Below are positions 50,330 through 59,781 of a stretch of 64,000 nucleotides of DNA, one piece after another. This stretch comes from a virus. The position numbers were made by a program, and so were the translations under genes. How positions within the stretch are numbered: position 1 is the first letter of the stretch; the number at the start of each line of letters is the position of its first letter. The notes under the pieces are model-generated. The model saw nothing but the letters and a program-made list of their open reading frames with translations. It ran no database searches and had not been told where the DNA came from. The stretch lies in IMG/VR virus record IMGVR_UViG_3300010286_000195; one strand, written 5' to 3'.

Positions 50330-50566
50330 GTTATATTGTATTGGAATTACACGTAAAGATGCCAACCAAATCGTGTAATAAGTCCCAAACCATGAGGAAG
50401 TGAGGCACAGCCGAATGTAAGCGATCGTGAGATGCAACGTAGTTTCCAATCAGATTTTGTGTAATCACCTCGTTGAAATTAGTAACATCACGGATGAACG
50501 TGAAGGAGATTTCTTTGAAAGAAATTGCATGGTAAGTCATGTGATCGTTGTTCTCCGTGATGTTCT
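50330..50566 (-). ncRNA. candidate structured RNA (- strand)
   Basis: AAGTATAAATA at 50599-50589; 11-bp inverted repeat 50484-50494/50554-50564 enclosing hairpins. Confidence 0.35.
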
Positions 50567-50762
50567 ATATCTTAAATTGTCGTGTAAATATTTATACTTT
50601 TTGGTTTCACTACTTTCCTTACACTAAATAAAAAAGAAAACAACTTGTAAGGAAGATAGTATGTGTTACGTGTGTTATTGTATGTGTGATTATTTTCTTA
50701 CGTGATACTTCTTACTTCGAGCATCATGTAAGAAACAGCAGCGGAAACCTATGTGATATACC

Positions 50763-50896
50763 ACACCATAATCAAAAAATCATATCAAAATCATGCAGTT
50801 TTTGATGGTTTTAGAGGGGTAACTTGCAAAAAAGGTATAAACATATCACCGTGAAAGTTAGGGTAAAAATAATGCTGTTTTACTCAAAGGAAATTG
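50763..50896 (+). repeat. dispersed three-block repeat, copy D (middle block degenerate)
   Basis: AATCAAAAAATCAT and GTTTTACTCAAAG start 107 bp apart. Confidence 0.65.
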
Positions 50897-51644
50897 CTTC
50901 TTTTTTCTAAGCCCACAGAACTTGATTTGAATTTTGAAAACTCGCCGAATATCCCGGAAAACGCCGAACTCGGGGTAACCCAACCCCTTTTTTCTTTCCA
51001 GGATGTCCAGATATGTCAACTATTGTATATCTTTGTTCATCGATGCCCTTTTTTCGTTATCAATATATATATTTGAGCATTGATAACTATGTATGTTCAT
51101 TGATGTTAGTTTGTGGTATTTTTGCTCATATGAGTAATAAACTAGGATAGGTAACATCTCAAAAATGAGATAGGTTTTTAACTTTTTGACTCCTCGCGCG
51201 CGCAATATAAAACTGTCTGATCGTATAATCATATCATAATAGGATAATGCGAGTAATGCGCGATCACAAACAGAGAGTAATTTATCCGTTTTTGATGTTA
51301 AAATCTCGTTGATTTGCGCTTGTTTTTCAGATCTCCTCAAATTAGCCGTATTTGCATGACTATGATATCCTTGTATTGTGCGTATAATCGACGATCTCAT
51401 ATCAAGAAGGGTATAGGTATTATTTGCAAAATTGATGCGCTTAAAACGCTTATATTTCGATGATGCTATCATTGTATATTATATTTGGTTTACAAATACA
51501 TAAAGTATAGGAACCCTTATATGTTAGAAGTATAAGTATATATATAGAATATCATCATGCGAGATAGAAATTTGTTTTTTGGGTTCTGTTTGTTAATTTG
51601 GCGTTGTGTGCGTTGTTTTTCCATTTAACAAATGACATTTCGAT

Positions 51645-51655
51645 AAGTATAAATA
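51645..51655 (+). promoter_or_regulatory. TATA-box promoter AAGTATAAATA
   Basis: Identical 11-mer also at about 49503 (+) and 50599-50589 (-). Confidence 0.6.
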
Positions 51656-51679
51656 CTTAGAAGTATATCTCTATGTAAC

Positions 51680-51927
51680 AAGTGGATGCCTGAAAGCATA
51701 GTCAGGCACGACGTAAGCAGAACCGGAGCGAAAGCCTATCCAGTCTTTTACCTGTATGGTCTCAAACAAGAGGATAAGGTAAGTAGTGCATGTGATACTC
51801 TAATGCGGCATCATGCAGGCGGTATCGCCGGTATACAAATGTTCACTCCATCGCATTAGGCGTCGGATCAAATCCAGTGGAGTGAATTACCTATCAGGTA
51901 AAACTGGTAGGGAGGAAGTGAGTTAAA
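51680..51927 (+). ncRNA. candidate structured RNA / long 5' leader
   Basis: Multiple nested stems downstream of the TATA box; no ORF; ends in the tRNA-like element. Confidence 0.45.
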
Positions 51928-52356
51928 ATGGAGATATACGAAAGAAAACTAACAACTGAAAAGGCACTCGAACAAATGAAAAACCTTTTTGTATCGCTCA
52001 ATGAGCGATTAGAAGAGGATATAAGCAATTTTGATGGCGAGAAGAAGTTTTTCGCTGTTGTAGAACATGACAATGGATTTTTGGTAGGTGATTATAATCG
52101 TCGCGAGTGGAAAACGGACAAAGCAAAAATCGGATATCGAAATGGAGAGTTTTGTTTGATTTGTTACGATTCTGGTTATGTTGAGCATTACCGAGAATAC
52201 TTTAGAATTTTTGCTGATGAGTTTTGGAGGATAAAAAAGATTAACTTTGCTGATATGTTTTCAGCGCTTGTAGAGGCAGTCGAAATATATAACGAGAAGT
52301 CAAAGGAAAAAGACGAACAGATAGAACACTTTTTGGAAATTGCAAAACAATTTTAA
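51928..52356 (+). CDS. hypothetical protein (putative early gene)
   Basis: 142 aa with GGAAGTGAG RBS. Confidence 0.7.
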   Translation: MEIYERKLTTEKALEQMKNLFVSLNERLEEDISNFDGEKKFFAVVEHDNGFLVGDYNRREWKTDKAKIGYRNGEFCLICYDSGYVEHYREYFRIFADEFWRIKKINFADMFSALVEAVEIYNEKSKEKDEQIEHFLEIAKQF

Positions 52357-52431
52357 CCCTTTTTCGCATTTTGGCGTTGGATCAAATCCAGAAAAGGGTT
52401 TCTCCCCATTTGGGGATTAGGAAGTGAGAAA
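52355..52431 (+). ncRNA. second copy of tRNA-like element plus RBS-proximal hairpin
   Basis: Core TCGCATTTTGGCGTTGGATCAAATCCAG closed by a 9-bp stem. Confidence 0.5.
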
Positions 52432-52572
52432 ATGAATCCGCCAAATTTGCGTTATAATGCTTGTTGTGGAACGTGCAGATTTGCACGAGAAAATTTTGAA
52501 GGTAAGGTACATTGTACTAAATATAAATTGTACAATGATGTTGAACAAATTTGTGATGAATATGAGGGGTGA
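52432..52572 (+). CDS. 46-aa Cys-rich protein (not in ORF track)
   Basis: MNPPNLRYNACCGTCRF...C...C; GGAAGTGAG RBS. Confidence 0.6.
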   Translation: MNPPNLRYNACCGTCRFARENFEGKVHCTKYKLYNDVEQICDEYEG

Positions 52573-52577
52573 AAAGT

Positions 52578-52742
52578 ATGTTGCATGTATTGAAAAATGG
52601 TACTAAAAACATCGAAAGGTTTTTGGAGCGCTGCACTATAAAAATTTTATGCAGGCATTGTTATGGTGCTGGATGTGCACATTGTAGTGGTTATGGGTTT
52701 ACGAGAGAGATTATAGACAAAAAAAGAGTTTATGAGGTATAA
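52578..52742 (+). CDS. 54-aa DnaJ-type zinc finger protein (not in ORF track)
   Basis: CRHCYGAGCAHCSGYG; GGGGTGA RBS. Confidence 0.65.
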   Translation: MLHVLKNGTKNIERFLERCTIKILCRHCYGAGCAHCSGYGFTREIIDKKRVYEV

Positions 52743-52745
52743 ACG

Positions 52746-53075
52746 ATGGAGAAATTAACCTTTTCAGAAGGAAGTATAATCAATGGTGCATTAGGGATTT
52801 ATATACCCTATAATGTGGTGCTTTTTGCGATAGATTATGGATATATTCCTACTGTTGAATTTAAAAAAATGCAAAAAGACGCACAATTAAAAGAGGAAGA
52901 GGAAGAGAATTATATAACACATAATTATGAGTGGATTTATGATGAGATGGAACGAGCAGAATCCTTCTTAAATAATAAGTATGCTAAAGAAGGGTTTTAT
53001 TTCGGTTCTCATCCAGATTGGAGTGATTGGGGATATTGGAAAGTGGAAGAGGAAGATATGGAGATGGAAGAATGA
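52746..53075 (+). CDS. hypothetical protein
   Basis: Acidic; FYFGSHPD..DWGYW motif. Confidence 0.7.
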   Translation: MEKLTFSEGSIINGALGIYIPYNVVLFAIDYGYIPTVEFKKMQKDAQLKEEEEENYITHNYEWIYDEMERAESFLNNKYAKEGFYFGSHPDWSDWGYWKVEEEDMEMEE

Positions 53076-53332
53076 AAGAGTATTTAAAAGAAATGAAAGA
53101 AAAAGGAGAATATGATTATTATGTATGGCCGGGAGGATACCCAATATTTTATATTACTATAGATAATAGTATTTTGTGTCCAAATTGCTGTAATGAAAAT
53201 AAAGAATTGCTAAACAATGAATATGACAAACAATGGTTTGTTATCGATTATGAAGTTAACTGGGAAGATGGAGAGTTGTATTGCGATCATTGTAATGAAA
53301 AAATAGAAAGTGCATATAGTGAGGATGATTAA
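53072..53332 (+). CDS. hypothetical zinc-binding protein
   Basis: WPGGYP...CPNC...YCDHC...ESAY motif; ATGA overlap with the upstream gene. Confidence 0.7.
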   Translation: MKEYLKEMKEKGEYDYYVWPGGYPIFYITIDNSILCPNCCNENKELLNNEYDKQWFVIDYEVNWEDGELYCDHCNEKIESAYSEDD

Positions 53333-53623
53333 ATGCAAAAAACGCTATTTGTAAGGAAAAAAAGTACTATGATTGATGATTATAGGCATTATTTGTCTAT
53401 AATGAGAATAACTCATGATAACTATGATATATCAATTGCTGAAAGACTGTTAAACGCATTTGATGATTATATTTCTATGGATTATTATGATCAACTTAAT
53501 GCGCTAAACGTATCTGATGATAATTTGACTGATAAAAAATCAGTTGAAAAGTTTTCCGAATTTCTTCATTTTGGTTTTATCCATTGTGATTATATAAAGG
53601 ATACAAAAACGGTTATATGGTGA
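53333..53623 (+). CDS. hypothetical protein
   Basis: ORF in operon. Confidence 0.55.
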   Translation: MQKTLFVRKKSTMIDDYRHYLSIMRITHDNYDISIAERLLNAFDDYISMDYYDQLNALNVSDDNLTDKKSVEKFSEFLHFGFIHCDYIKDTKTVIW

Positions 53624-53627
53624 TACA

Positions 53628-54047
53628 ATGGAGTTTTCAGACTTGCTTAAAAAGTTGTGGCATTCTTCATATGTATGTGCTCTTTCAGAACCAAAAGTGC
53701 ATGTATTTGTGGGAAATACGCGCCACATAAGCGTATCACCATTTTTTAATTCAAATTGTGATATAGGGTTTGAAGAGGAAAAAGCACTGTTGCAAGGTAA
53801 GTTGCGTAAGATTAATGTAAATCTTTTCAAAAATTTTCATTTGCTTTGCTTTACGGAATTGGAGACTATTCCGAAGTTTAAAGCGGGAAAGGTGATAATT
53901 ATTAACGAGTATGGAGATTTTGTGAATGAGATTCATGTAAGAAATATCCAAAAAATTATTAATGCTAATCCGTTAACGATTTTTAAGGTGAAAACGAGGT
54001 TAGATGTTGTTTTGAAGGGTAATAATGTAAGGATGATAAAGAAATGA
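53628..54047 (+). CDS. hypothetical protein
   Basis: ORF in operon with GGTGA RBS. Confidence 0.55.
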   Translation: MEFSDLLKKLWHSSYVCALSEPKVHVFVGNTRHISVSPFFNSNCDIGFEEEKALLQGKLRKINVNLFKNFHLLCFTELETIPKFKAGKVIIINEYGDFVNEIHVRNIQKIINANPLTIFKVKTRLDVVLKGNNVRMIKK

Positions 54048-54136
54048 CTAAAATAGTTCTAATTTAAATCTCTTTTACTTTTCATAAAGGTTAACGGGAT
54101 CCCGTTAACCGTGAAGAAGTGGAAGGAGAAGAAAAA

Positions 54137-54472
54137 ATGACTTATGAATTGACGAACGAAGGTTTTAAAGCCAAAGTGGGAAGTTATGAAATTGAAATGT
54201 TCAGTAGTGGAGCATTCGAGGATGATGTTTTGGTAAAGCGTTATGGAAAAGAATTGTTTACTATCGCTTTTCAAACTGTTGCGCATGATTACAGAATTTT
54301 TCCCGTAATGATGATAAATGATGAACAAATCGATTTAGAAACGTTTATAAAGAGTAATTATCCTGATGATGACGAGGGATTAGCGCAGGAAATGTATTTT
54401 AATGAGTTATACGCTTATGTTTTGGAGCGTATTATTGAAGAGATGGAGTTTGAAGAACAAGAAAAACTTTAA
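54137..54472 (+). CDS. hypothetical acidic protein
   Basis: GGAG RBS; ATG 54137. Confidence 0.65.
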   Translation: MTYELTNEGFKAKVGSYEIEMFSSGAFEDDVLVKRYGKELFTIAFQTVAHDYRIFPVMMINDEQIDLETFIKSNYPDDDEGLAQEMYFNELYAYVLERIIEEMEFEEQEKL

Positions 54473-54532
54473 AAACTTTAACTTTTTGTGTTGTTAAGTA
54501 GATGTAGTTAACGGTAAAAAGGAGATGGAAGT

Positions 54533-54844
54533 ATGAAGTATGTAGAAGCATATATAACAAAGCAGTCAAAGCCTGCCGGAAATCAGAATGACTATTACAC
54601 ATATGATTTACAGACAAAGCGGTTTAAAGATATGAAGGAGTTTAAACAATGGTTAAAAGAGGAATATGGGAAATCACAACGAAAAATAATGTATAGAGAT
54701 GATAAAGAAGGGAATGCGGTTAAAGTAGGTTATGTAATCGGATTTAAGACAAAAGAGTATGAAGATGGAAAATTTAAGACGTATTATGAAAGTCATTGGA
54801 TTGAAGTTGTGGAAGTAGAGACACATAACCCTTTTATCAAGTAA
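54533..54844 (+). CDS. hypothetical protein
   Basis: GGAG RBS; followed by a terminator-like hairpin. Confidence 0.65.
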   Translation: MKYVEAYITKQSKPAGNQNDYYTYDLQTKRFKDMKEFKQWLKEEYGKSQRKIMYRDDKEGNAVKVGYVIGFKTKEYEDGKFKTYYESHWIEVVEVETHNPFIK

Positions 54845-54850
54845 AATTTA

Positions 54851-54887
54851 GGTTAAGTCAACTTATGTTGACTTAACCACTTTTTTT
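54851..54887 (+). terminator. 12-bp hairpin plus T-tract
   Basis: GGTTAAGTCAAC-TTAT-GTTGACTTAACC, then TTTTTTT. Confidence 0.65.
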
Positions 54888-56347
54888 ATTCGATTTTGGA
54901 GTTGCTACTTTTCTATACTTTTGTGTTACTGAATAATACTTTTTGCTTTGTGGTCTTTTTGTGGTAATGTGTGTTGGTTTTGATGCCTCGAATGTCATCA
55001 GAGCCACATATTAGCGTTTTGAGACAGTTTAGTTTCAGGACGTAGTTTAGTATAGGGAGAAGGGAGATCGTCGATTTAAAGAAGGCACTTTCCTTTGAGA
55101 TTTGGTGATTTGTGTTTTGATTTGGGTTTATTTGTGGAATTGAATAGAAGTATGATAAATAATGTAAATTGTTTGAGATTTGGAAAGTAATTAATAAGTT
55201 TGCACAAGTAGAGTTGTTTACAAGTTGGATTGATATAGAACAAGTGAAGTTGTATACAAGTATAATTGTGTTATTGTAATTTAGATTTAAAAACAATTAG
55301 GGTTGATATTGAGAAAGAGGAATGGATTAACAAGTAGAATTGTTTTAGATTAAATAAAGTTGTTAAGCAAAAAAAGTTTAAAAAAGTAAAATAAACTATC
55401 CTCACCGCTCATAACCGAAACTCACCACTCGATTTTTCAGATGTAACAATTTGTAACATTTTTTCAAAATTATTCGTATTATTCCGAACAAAAATCTACA
55501 AAAAATGCGCATATGAGAAAAAATTTTGTTACTCTTGTTGCAACAAGAACAACAACCTAATACTTGTATCATATAACCACTTAATACCATACATATGTGT
55601 TTTTCTCTTTCATGTAGGTTACCTATCTATCATGATCTATCACGCTATAAGTTGCGGTAAATGGACATTTCCCGCAATTATGAGCAGATTAGAGTTTTGG
55701 AAAAATAAACGATAATCCATAGAGTTTACCTATTAGATCATATACTATCACGCAATAGCGATATCGTCATAGCGTCAATATCGCATGTTGTATCAGTCAC
55801 CACAAAACAGAGGCATATTGAGCAGGGTATAGCGTGTTATATAGTGATGTATTGATGATACATATGAACACTTTTATGATCAAATTAATTTAATTTTACT
55901 TTACCTTTGTGCGCGCGGACGTCACCACATCATGAGGCACACACGCATATATAGCACACTCTCGCGCGCCTAGTTGATATGCGAGTTGTTACCAAATATG
56001 ATATGACTGTATGATGTAGTGCTTGTGTTCTCTATCTCATGTATGAGATAGCATATCGCTATTCATTATCCTTATCTATGCTCACTTATGGTTACTGACT
56101 GACATATGTGTGCAATGATGTATTAGTTCGTACATTTACGAAAAAAGAGCCCCCCCGGTGCCCTCAGACGCTCGGGTTAAGTGGCTCACAAAATTTTTAT
56201 AAAAAAATAACTAAACTTGGGTAAAAACCCCTAAATAAACCCCTTTCTCTAAAAAGAGTTAAAACCCATTACTTCTCTATTCTTCAACAATGAACTACCA
56301 CGTGAGCAATACACTTTCTTAATTGTAAAACCACCTGATTATCATTT

Positions 56348-56755
56348 TTAATCCTTTTTTCTTTCATATACCTCATTGTAACACTTCTCTGCATCATGTA
56401 TGCACTTTATAATATCCTCTTTACTTACTTTAGAATACAACATAACTGACAATAAAGAAATCAAACCAGGAATAGTAGCAACATACTCATCTTTATCTTC
56501 ATGATACGCTAAAATGCCACATTCTGCAAGGTCTTGTAATTGTTCCCTGAATGGTAGAATATCATTAATAAAAGCACCACATAACAACGTAGTAAAGGCA
56601 TTATTTCCACGATTGGTAAGAATATACTCATCATTATCAGTTTTGGTCATAAAACCACAATTAACAAAGGTGGGAAACATGGCAATTACTTGTTTGGTAA
56701 GATGCTCATCTTGGTTTCCTATCTTTACATTCAAATAATCAATAAACGAAATCAT
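56348..56755 (-). CDS. tandem winged-helix-like protein, paralog 1
   Basis: Two L..xG.....Y.[LA]T..G wing motifs. Confidence 0.55.
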   Translation of the reverse strand: MISFIDYLNVKIGNQDEHLTKQVIAMFPTFVNCGFMTKTDNDEYILTNRGNNAFTTLLCGAFINDILPFREQLQDLAECGILAYHEDKDEYVATIPGLISLLSVMLYSKVSKEDIIKCIHDAEKCYNEVYERKKD

Positions 56756-56796
56756 AATCTTACTCTCCAGTAACACTTTTCATCAAAATCGTAACA

Positions 56797-57165
56797 CTAC
56801 ACCCAATACTCTTTTATAATCCCTATAATATCCTCATTTGTTATTTCATATTGAATCAAATAGGACAATGTAGCATAGAAACCTTTATTGGTAATCATAT
56901 ATTCATCTTTATCTCTAAACCGAAGCAATCCACATGATTCAAGCACAGAACCTTGATCAACACCAACACAGTCCTTAATTATAAGTCTGTGCATCAAATA
57001 GAAAAATGCCTCACTGCCCTTTTCTGTAAATATATATTTCCCATTGTTAGCCTTAATCATGATTCCATGTTCAGCAAGGGTAGGAAGTAAACTGATAACT
57101 TTACTATGAAATTCATGTTTATCATCCTCAAACTCCGTTTCAATAAACGTCTTAAATGTTACCAT
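56797..57165 (-). CDS. tandem winged-helix-like protein, paralog 2
   Basis: Same double motif; shares the DKDEY segment with paralog 1. Confidence 0.55.
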   Translation of the reverse strand: MVTFKTFIETEFEDDKHEFHSKVISLLPTLAEHGIMIKANNGKYIFTEKGSEAFFYLMHRLIIKDCVGVDQGSVLESCGLLRFRDKDEYMITNKGFYATLSYLIQYEITNEDIIGIIKEYWV

Positions 57166-57263
57166 AACTAATACTTGTAACCCCAATCTATAAAAAGATT
57201 ATTATTTGCACCTACTTCCTAAAACCACAACATTATTATTCCAAAACAACCTACAACATTACC

Positions 57264-57692
57264 ATGAAATCTATTTCCCCACAAAAGGCGAAGCGCACAT
57301 TAGATTATATTGAGCGGCGTAAGAAGAGTTTTAATCATAAATATGAGCAGTATTATGCTGACAAAAAGAAACTATATGACGAAATTATTGATGTTTTAGA
57401 CAATCTAGTCATCAATAAGTGTCCTGAATGTGGCTGTGATGTCTATTGTTCCCTACGCTTGTATTACAATGAAAAATCCAGAATTGAAAACATGGGTAAT
57501 GAATTATGCAGCGATTGTGAAGAAAAAATAATGAAAAATAACATTCAGGCGTGGTTCAGTAACTTGACAAAAGTAGCGCCGGAAGAGGTCGTTGTAAAGG
57601 ATATTAATCGTTTTGATGGTTACGTTATTCTTCTAGTTCATGGTAACGAACTCCGTATCAACCTCAGTGAATATTACAAGGCGAAACAATAA
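57264..57692 (+). CDS. zinc-finger protein
   Basis: CPECG...CSDC. Confidence 0.65.
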   Translation: MKSISPQKAKRTLDYIERRKKSFNHKYEQYYADKKKLYDEIIDVLDNLVINKCPECGCDVYCSLRLYYNEKSRIENMGNELCSDCEEKIMKNNIQAWFSNLTKVAPEEVVVKDINRFDGYVILLVHGNELRINLSEYYKAKQ

Positions 57693-57762
57693 CCTTGCAA
57701 AAACACACACCCCACTAAAATTTTTCTACAAAAAATTACAAAAAGGGGTTAAAACCCACAAA

Positions 57763-57981
57763 TTAACCTTTTAAACACTCATCATATACTTCTGGTATCA
57801 TAAATTCACTTTTATATGACGGATCACCATCTTTCATGCGTTTATACATATATTCAGGACCAACATGAGTTTTAATCCAATCGTTCATCTCACGCTTGAC
57901 AGTGAATGCACCAATGACTATCAAACGCGCATCTATTCGTTGATACAGTAGATAAATATAGGTTGATCTTGCCACACACAA
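57763..57981 (-). CDS. hypothetical protein
   Basis: ORF with GGTGA RBS. Confidence 0.5.
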   Translation of the reverse strand: MCVARSTYIYLLYQRIDARLIVIGAFTVKREMNDWIKTHVGPEYMYKRMKDGDPSYKSEFMIPEVYDECLKG

Positions 57982-58255
57982 TCACCATTTCAAAACATTT
58001 TGAAATACATTCACAGTAACACTTTCCCGCACAAACGTAACACTAATCATTTTTCCATTTTCCATAATTACCCTTATTTCATCCACCTGTTTGTTTTAAT
58101 TTCTTTTCAATACGTTCAAATTCCTCTTTAAACTCTCTTATACTCTCCTCATATGGGTCACATATACCATTCTTCTTTACCATTTGTTTCCATTCATAAT
58201 CCGGATTATCATACACTGGCATTATTTTCACCTTCTTTCATTTTATCAACAACAC

Positions 58256-58447
58256 TCATTTCTTACTCAGTTTATTCATAATCATCAAATCCCTCACCAT
58301 CTTCTTTACACAAGTTGTTCCATGTGGACTAACAACAAAAGGGCATTGCCAACAACTAATACTACATTCTGAATTTGCAAGTTCCAACATAGAATCATAA
58401 ATGCTACTCTGTTTCTTTATTTCCAAATAATACTGTTCTGTATCCAT
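58256..58447 (-). CDS. Cys-rich hypothetical protein
   Basis: CSISCWQCP motif. Confidence 0.5.
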   Translation of the reverse strand: MDTEQYYLEIKKQSSIYDSMLELANSECSISCWQCPFVVSPHGTTCVKKMVRDLMIMNKLSKK

Positions 58448-58575
58448 ACTCTTTATTCACATCCAAACCATATAACATTATCCAAATACATTTCTACAAC
58501 TTTTTCCGCGCGAATCACCAAAATCAATTACCCACAAAAATTTTTCTATAAAAAATTACAAAAAAGTGGGGTAAA

Positions 58576-58809
58576 TTACTTCCAGCACCATTTTATACCG
58601 TCATAAATCAACATAACACCAAATAAAACCATAAATAACAAACCAAACATTATTGCACCTACAAAAGAACAATAACCAAAATCCATTATCAAACTATTCT
58701 CAAACAAAGCACCAACAATCCATAATATACCTGTAAATAAACAAATAAACAATAACCCAAGAAATATATTCATTAAATCAATACAATTTATATCAAATCT
58801 CATGATCAA
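58576..58809 (-). CDS. small membrane protein
   Basis: Two hydrophobic helices. Confidence 0.55.
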   Translation of the reverse strand: MIMRFDINCIDLMNIFLGLLFICLFTGILWIVGALFENSLIMDFGYCSFVGAIMFGLLFMVLFGVMLIYDGIKWCWK

Positions 58810-58817
58810 TCAATTCC

Positions 58818-59024
58818 TTAATTTACAATATGCCCTGGTAATATATGTTCTTCACGTAGTGATAACCGTTCATATTCCTCAAAACACATCTGGTCAAAAG
58901 TATCTTTTAACCCTTTAAACTTGATAAACCGTCTGTAATGATACATCCATTCATCATCTTCTCTACACTTAAAATAAAGTGCGGGGTCGGGAATATTCCC
59001 ATCGTTATCAATTACACGCGACAT
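58818..59024 (-). CDS. hypothetical protein
   Basis: ORF in a same-strand run of small genes. Confidence 0.5.
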   Translation of the reverse strand: MSRVIDNDGNIPDPALYFKCREDDEWMYHYRRFIKFKGLKDTFDQMCFEEYERLSLREEHILPGHIVN

Positions 59025-59171
59025 CTCTTACACCTTACACGGTTTAAATATCTCACCTGTAATCAAACAATACCATTCTACACCATGCTCAGTGTAATCA
59101 TAATCGGAATCGTGACAACGAGTGCAATCTATATCCTTACCGAGAGGACAATATGAACATTCCATCGCGCC

Positions 59172-59420
59172 TCACTCCACCTTCACCATTTTACCAAACA
59201 TTCCCCATGCAAATGTATTAATAACTACCAACATTGTAGGGACAAATTCAGAGTTAATACTCAGTAGGCACACAAGCGATGTAAAACCCATTATGAATAG
59301 AAAGAGGGAGAAACCATCAAGTTGCAATTTATAATCTTTAGTGTAAGTCATTTCTTTCCCTCCAGGTGATAAAATCCATTCTCTGCAAGTTCCCTTACGC
59401 GAGAAATGTGTAGGAAACAA
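59172..59420 (-). CDS. small membrane protein (true start probably internal MTYTK)
   Basis: GGAGG precedes the internal ATG; hydrophobic. Confidence 0.45.
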   Translation of the reverse strand: MFPTHFSRKGTCREWILSPGGKEMTYTKDYKLQLDGFSLFLFIMGFTSLVCLLSINSEFVPTMLVVINTFAWGMFGKMVKVE

Positions 59421-59508
59421 TCAGTTCCACAATGACATTTCAAGGCTCTATCCTCAAGTTGTTTCAAGTCTCTTACAAGTGTAGCCTGATTCATTACTTT
59501 TCCACTCT

Positions 59509-59778
59509 TTAATCCGTAATGATAAGAATCGTAGCGGGGCCTTCTTCTGACCTTGTTCTACATCCATGATATTCAGGATAAATTAGATGTAACAAATATC
59601 TATCCTCAACATCAATCATAAACGTTTCAACGCCCATACGCTTCTTTAATTCTTCAACTAAATCTTTGGTAGAAATATTCTCAAGTTTGTTGAATGGATT
59701 ATATTTACTACCATTTACTCTAATCTCAACATCATAATACAGTTTACCGATTGATTTACCATTTTCCATTTTAATCAC
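59509..59778 (-). CDS. BC1881-like phage protein
   Basis: ISTKDLVEELKKRMGVE...EGPATILII motif, recognised from memory. Confidence 0.6.
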   Translation of the reverse strand: MIKMENGKSIGKLYYDVEIRVNGSKYNPFNKLENISTKDLVEELKKRMGVETFMIDVEDRYLLHLIYPEYHGCRTRSEEGPATILIITD

Positions 59779-59781
59779 TCC

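Noticed and set aside
51020-51472. 150-aa ORF on the - strand
   Set aside because: No RBS, no recognisable motifs and atypical composition; coding status unsupported, though not excluded.
51686-51742. Hammerhead ribozyme (CUGA...GAAA)
   Set aside because: Core reads CUGAAAG, not CUGANGA, and the stems do not fit the hammerhead topology.
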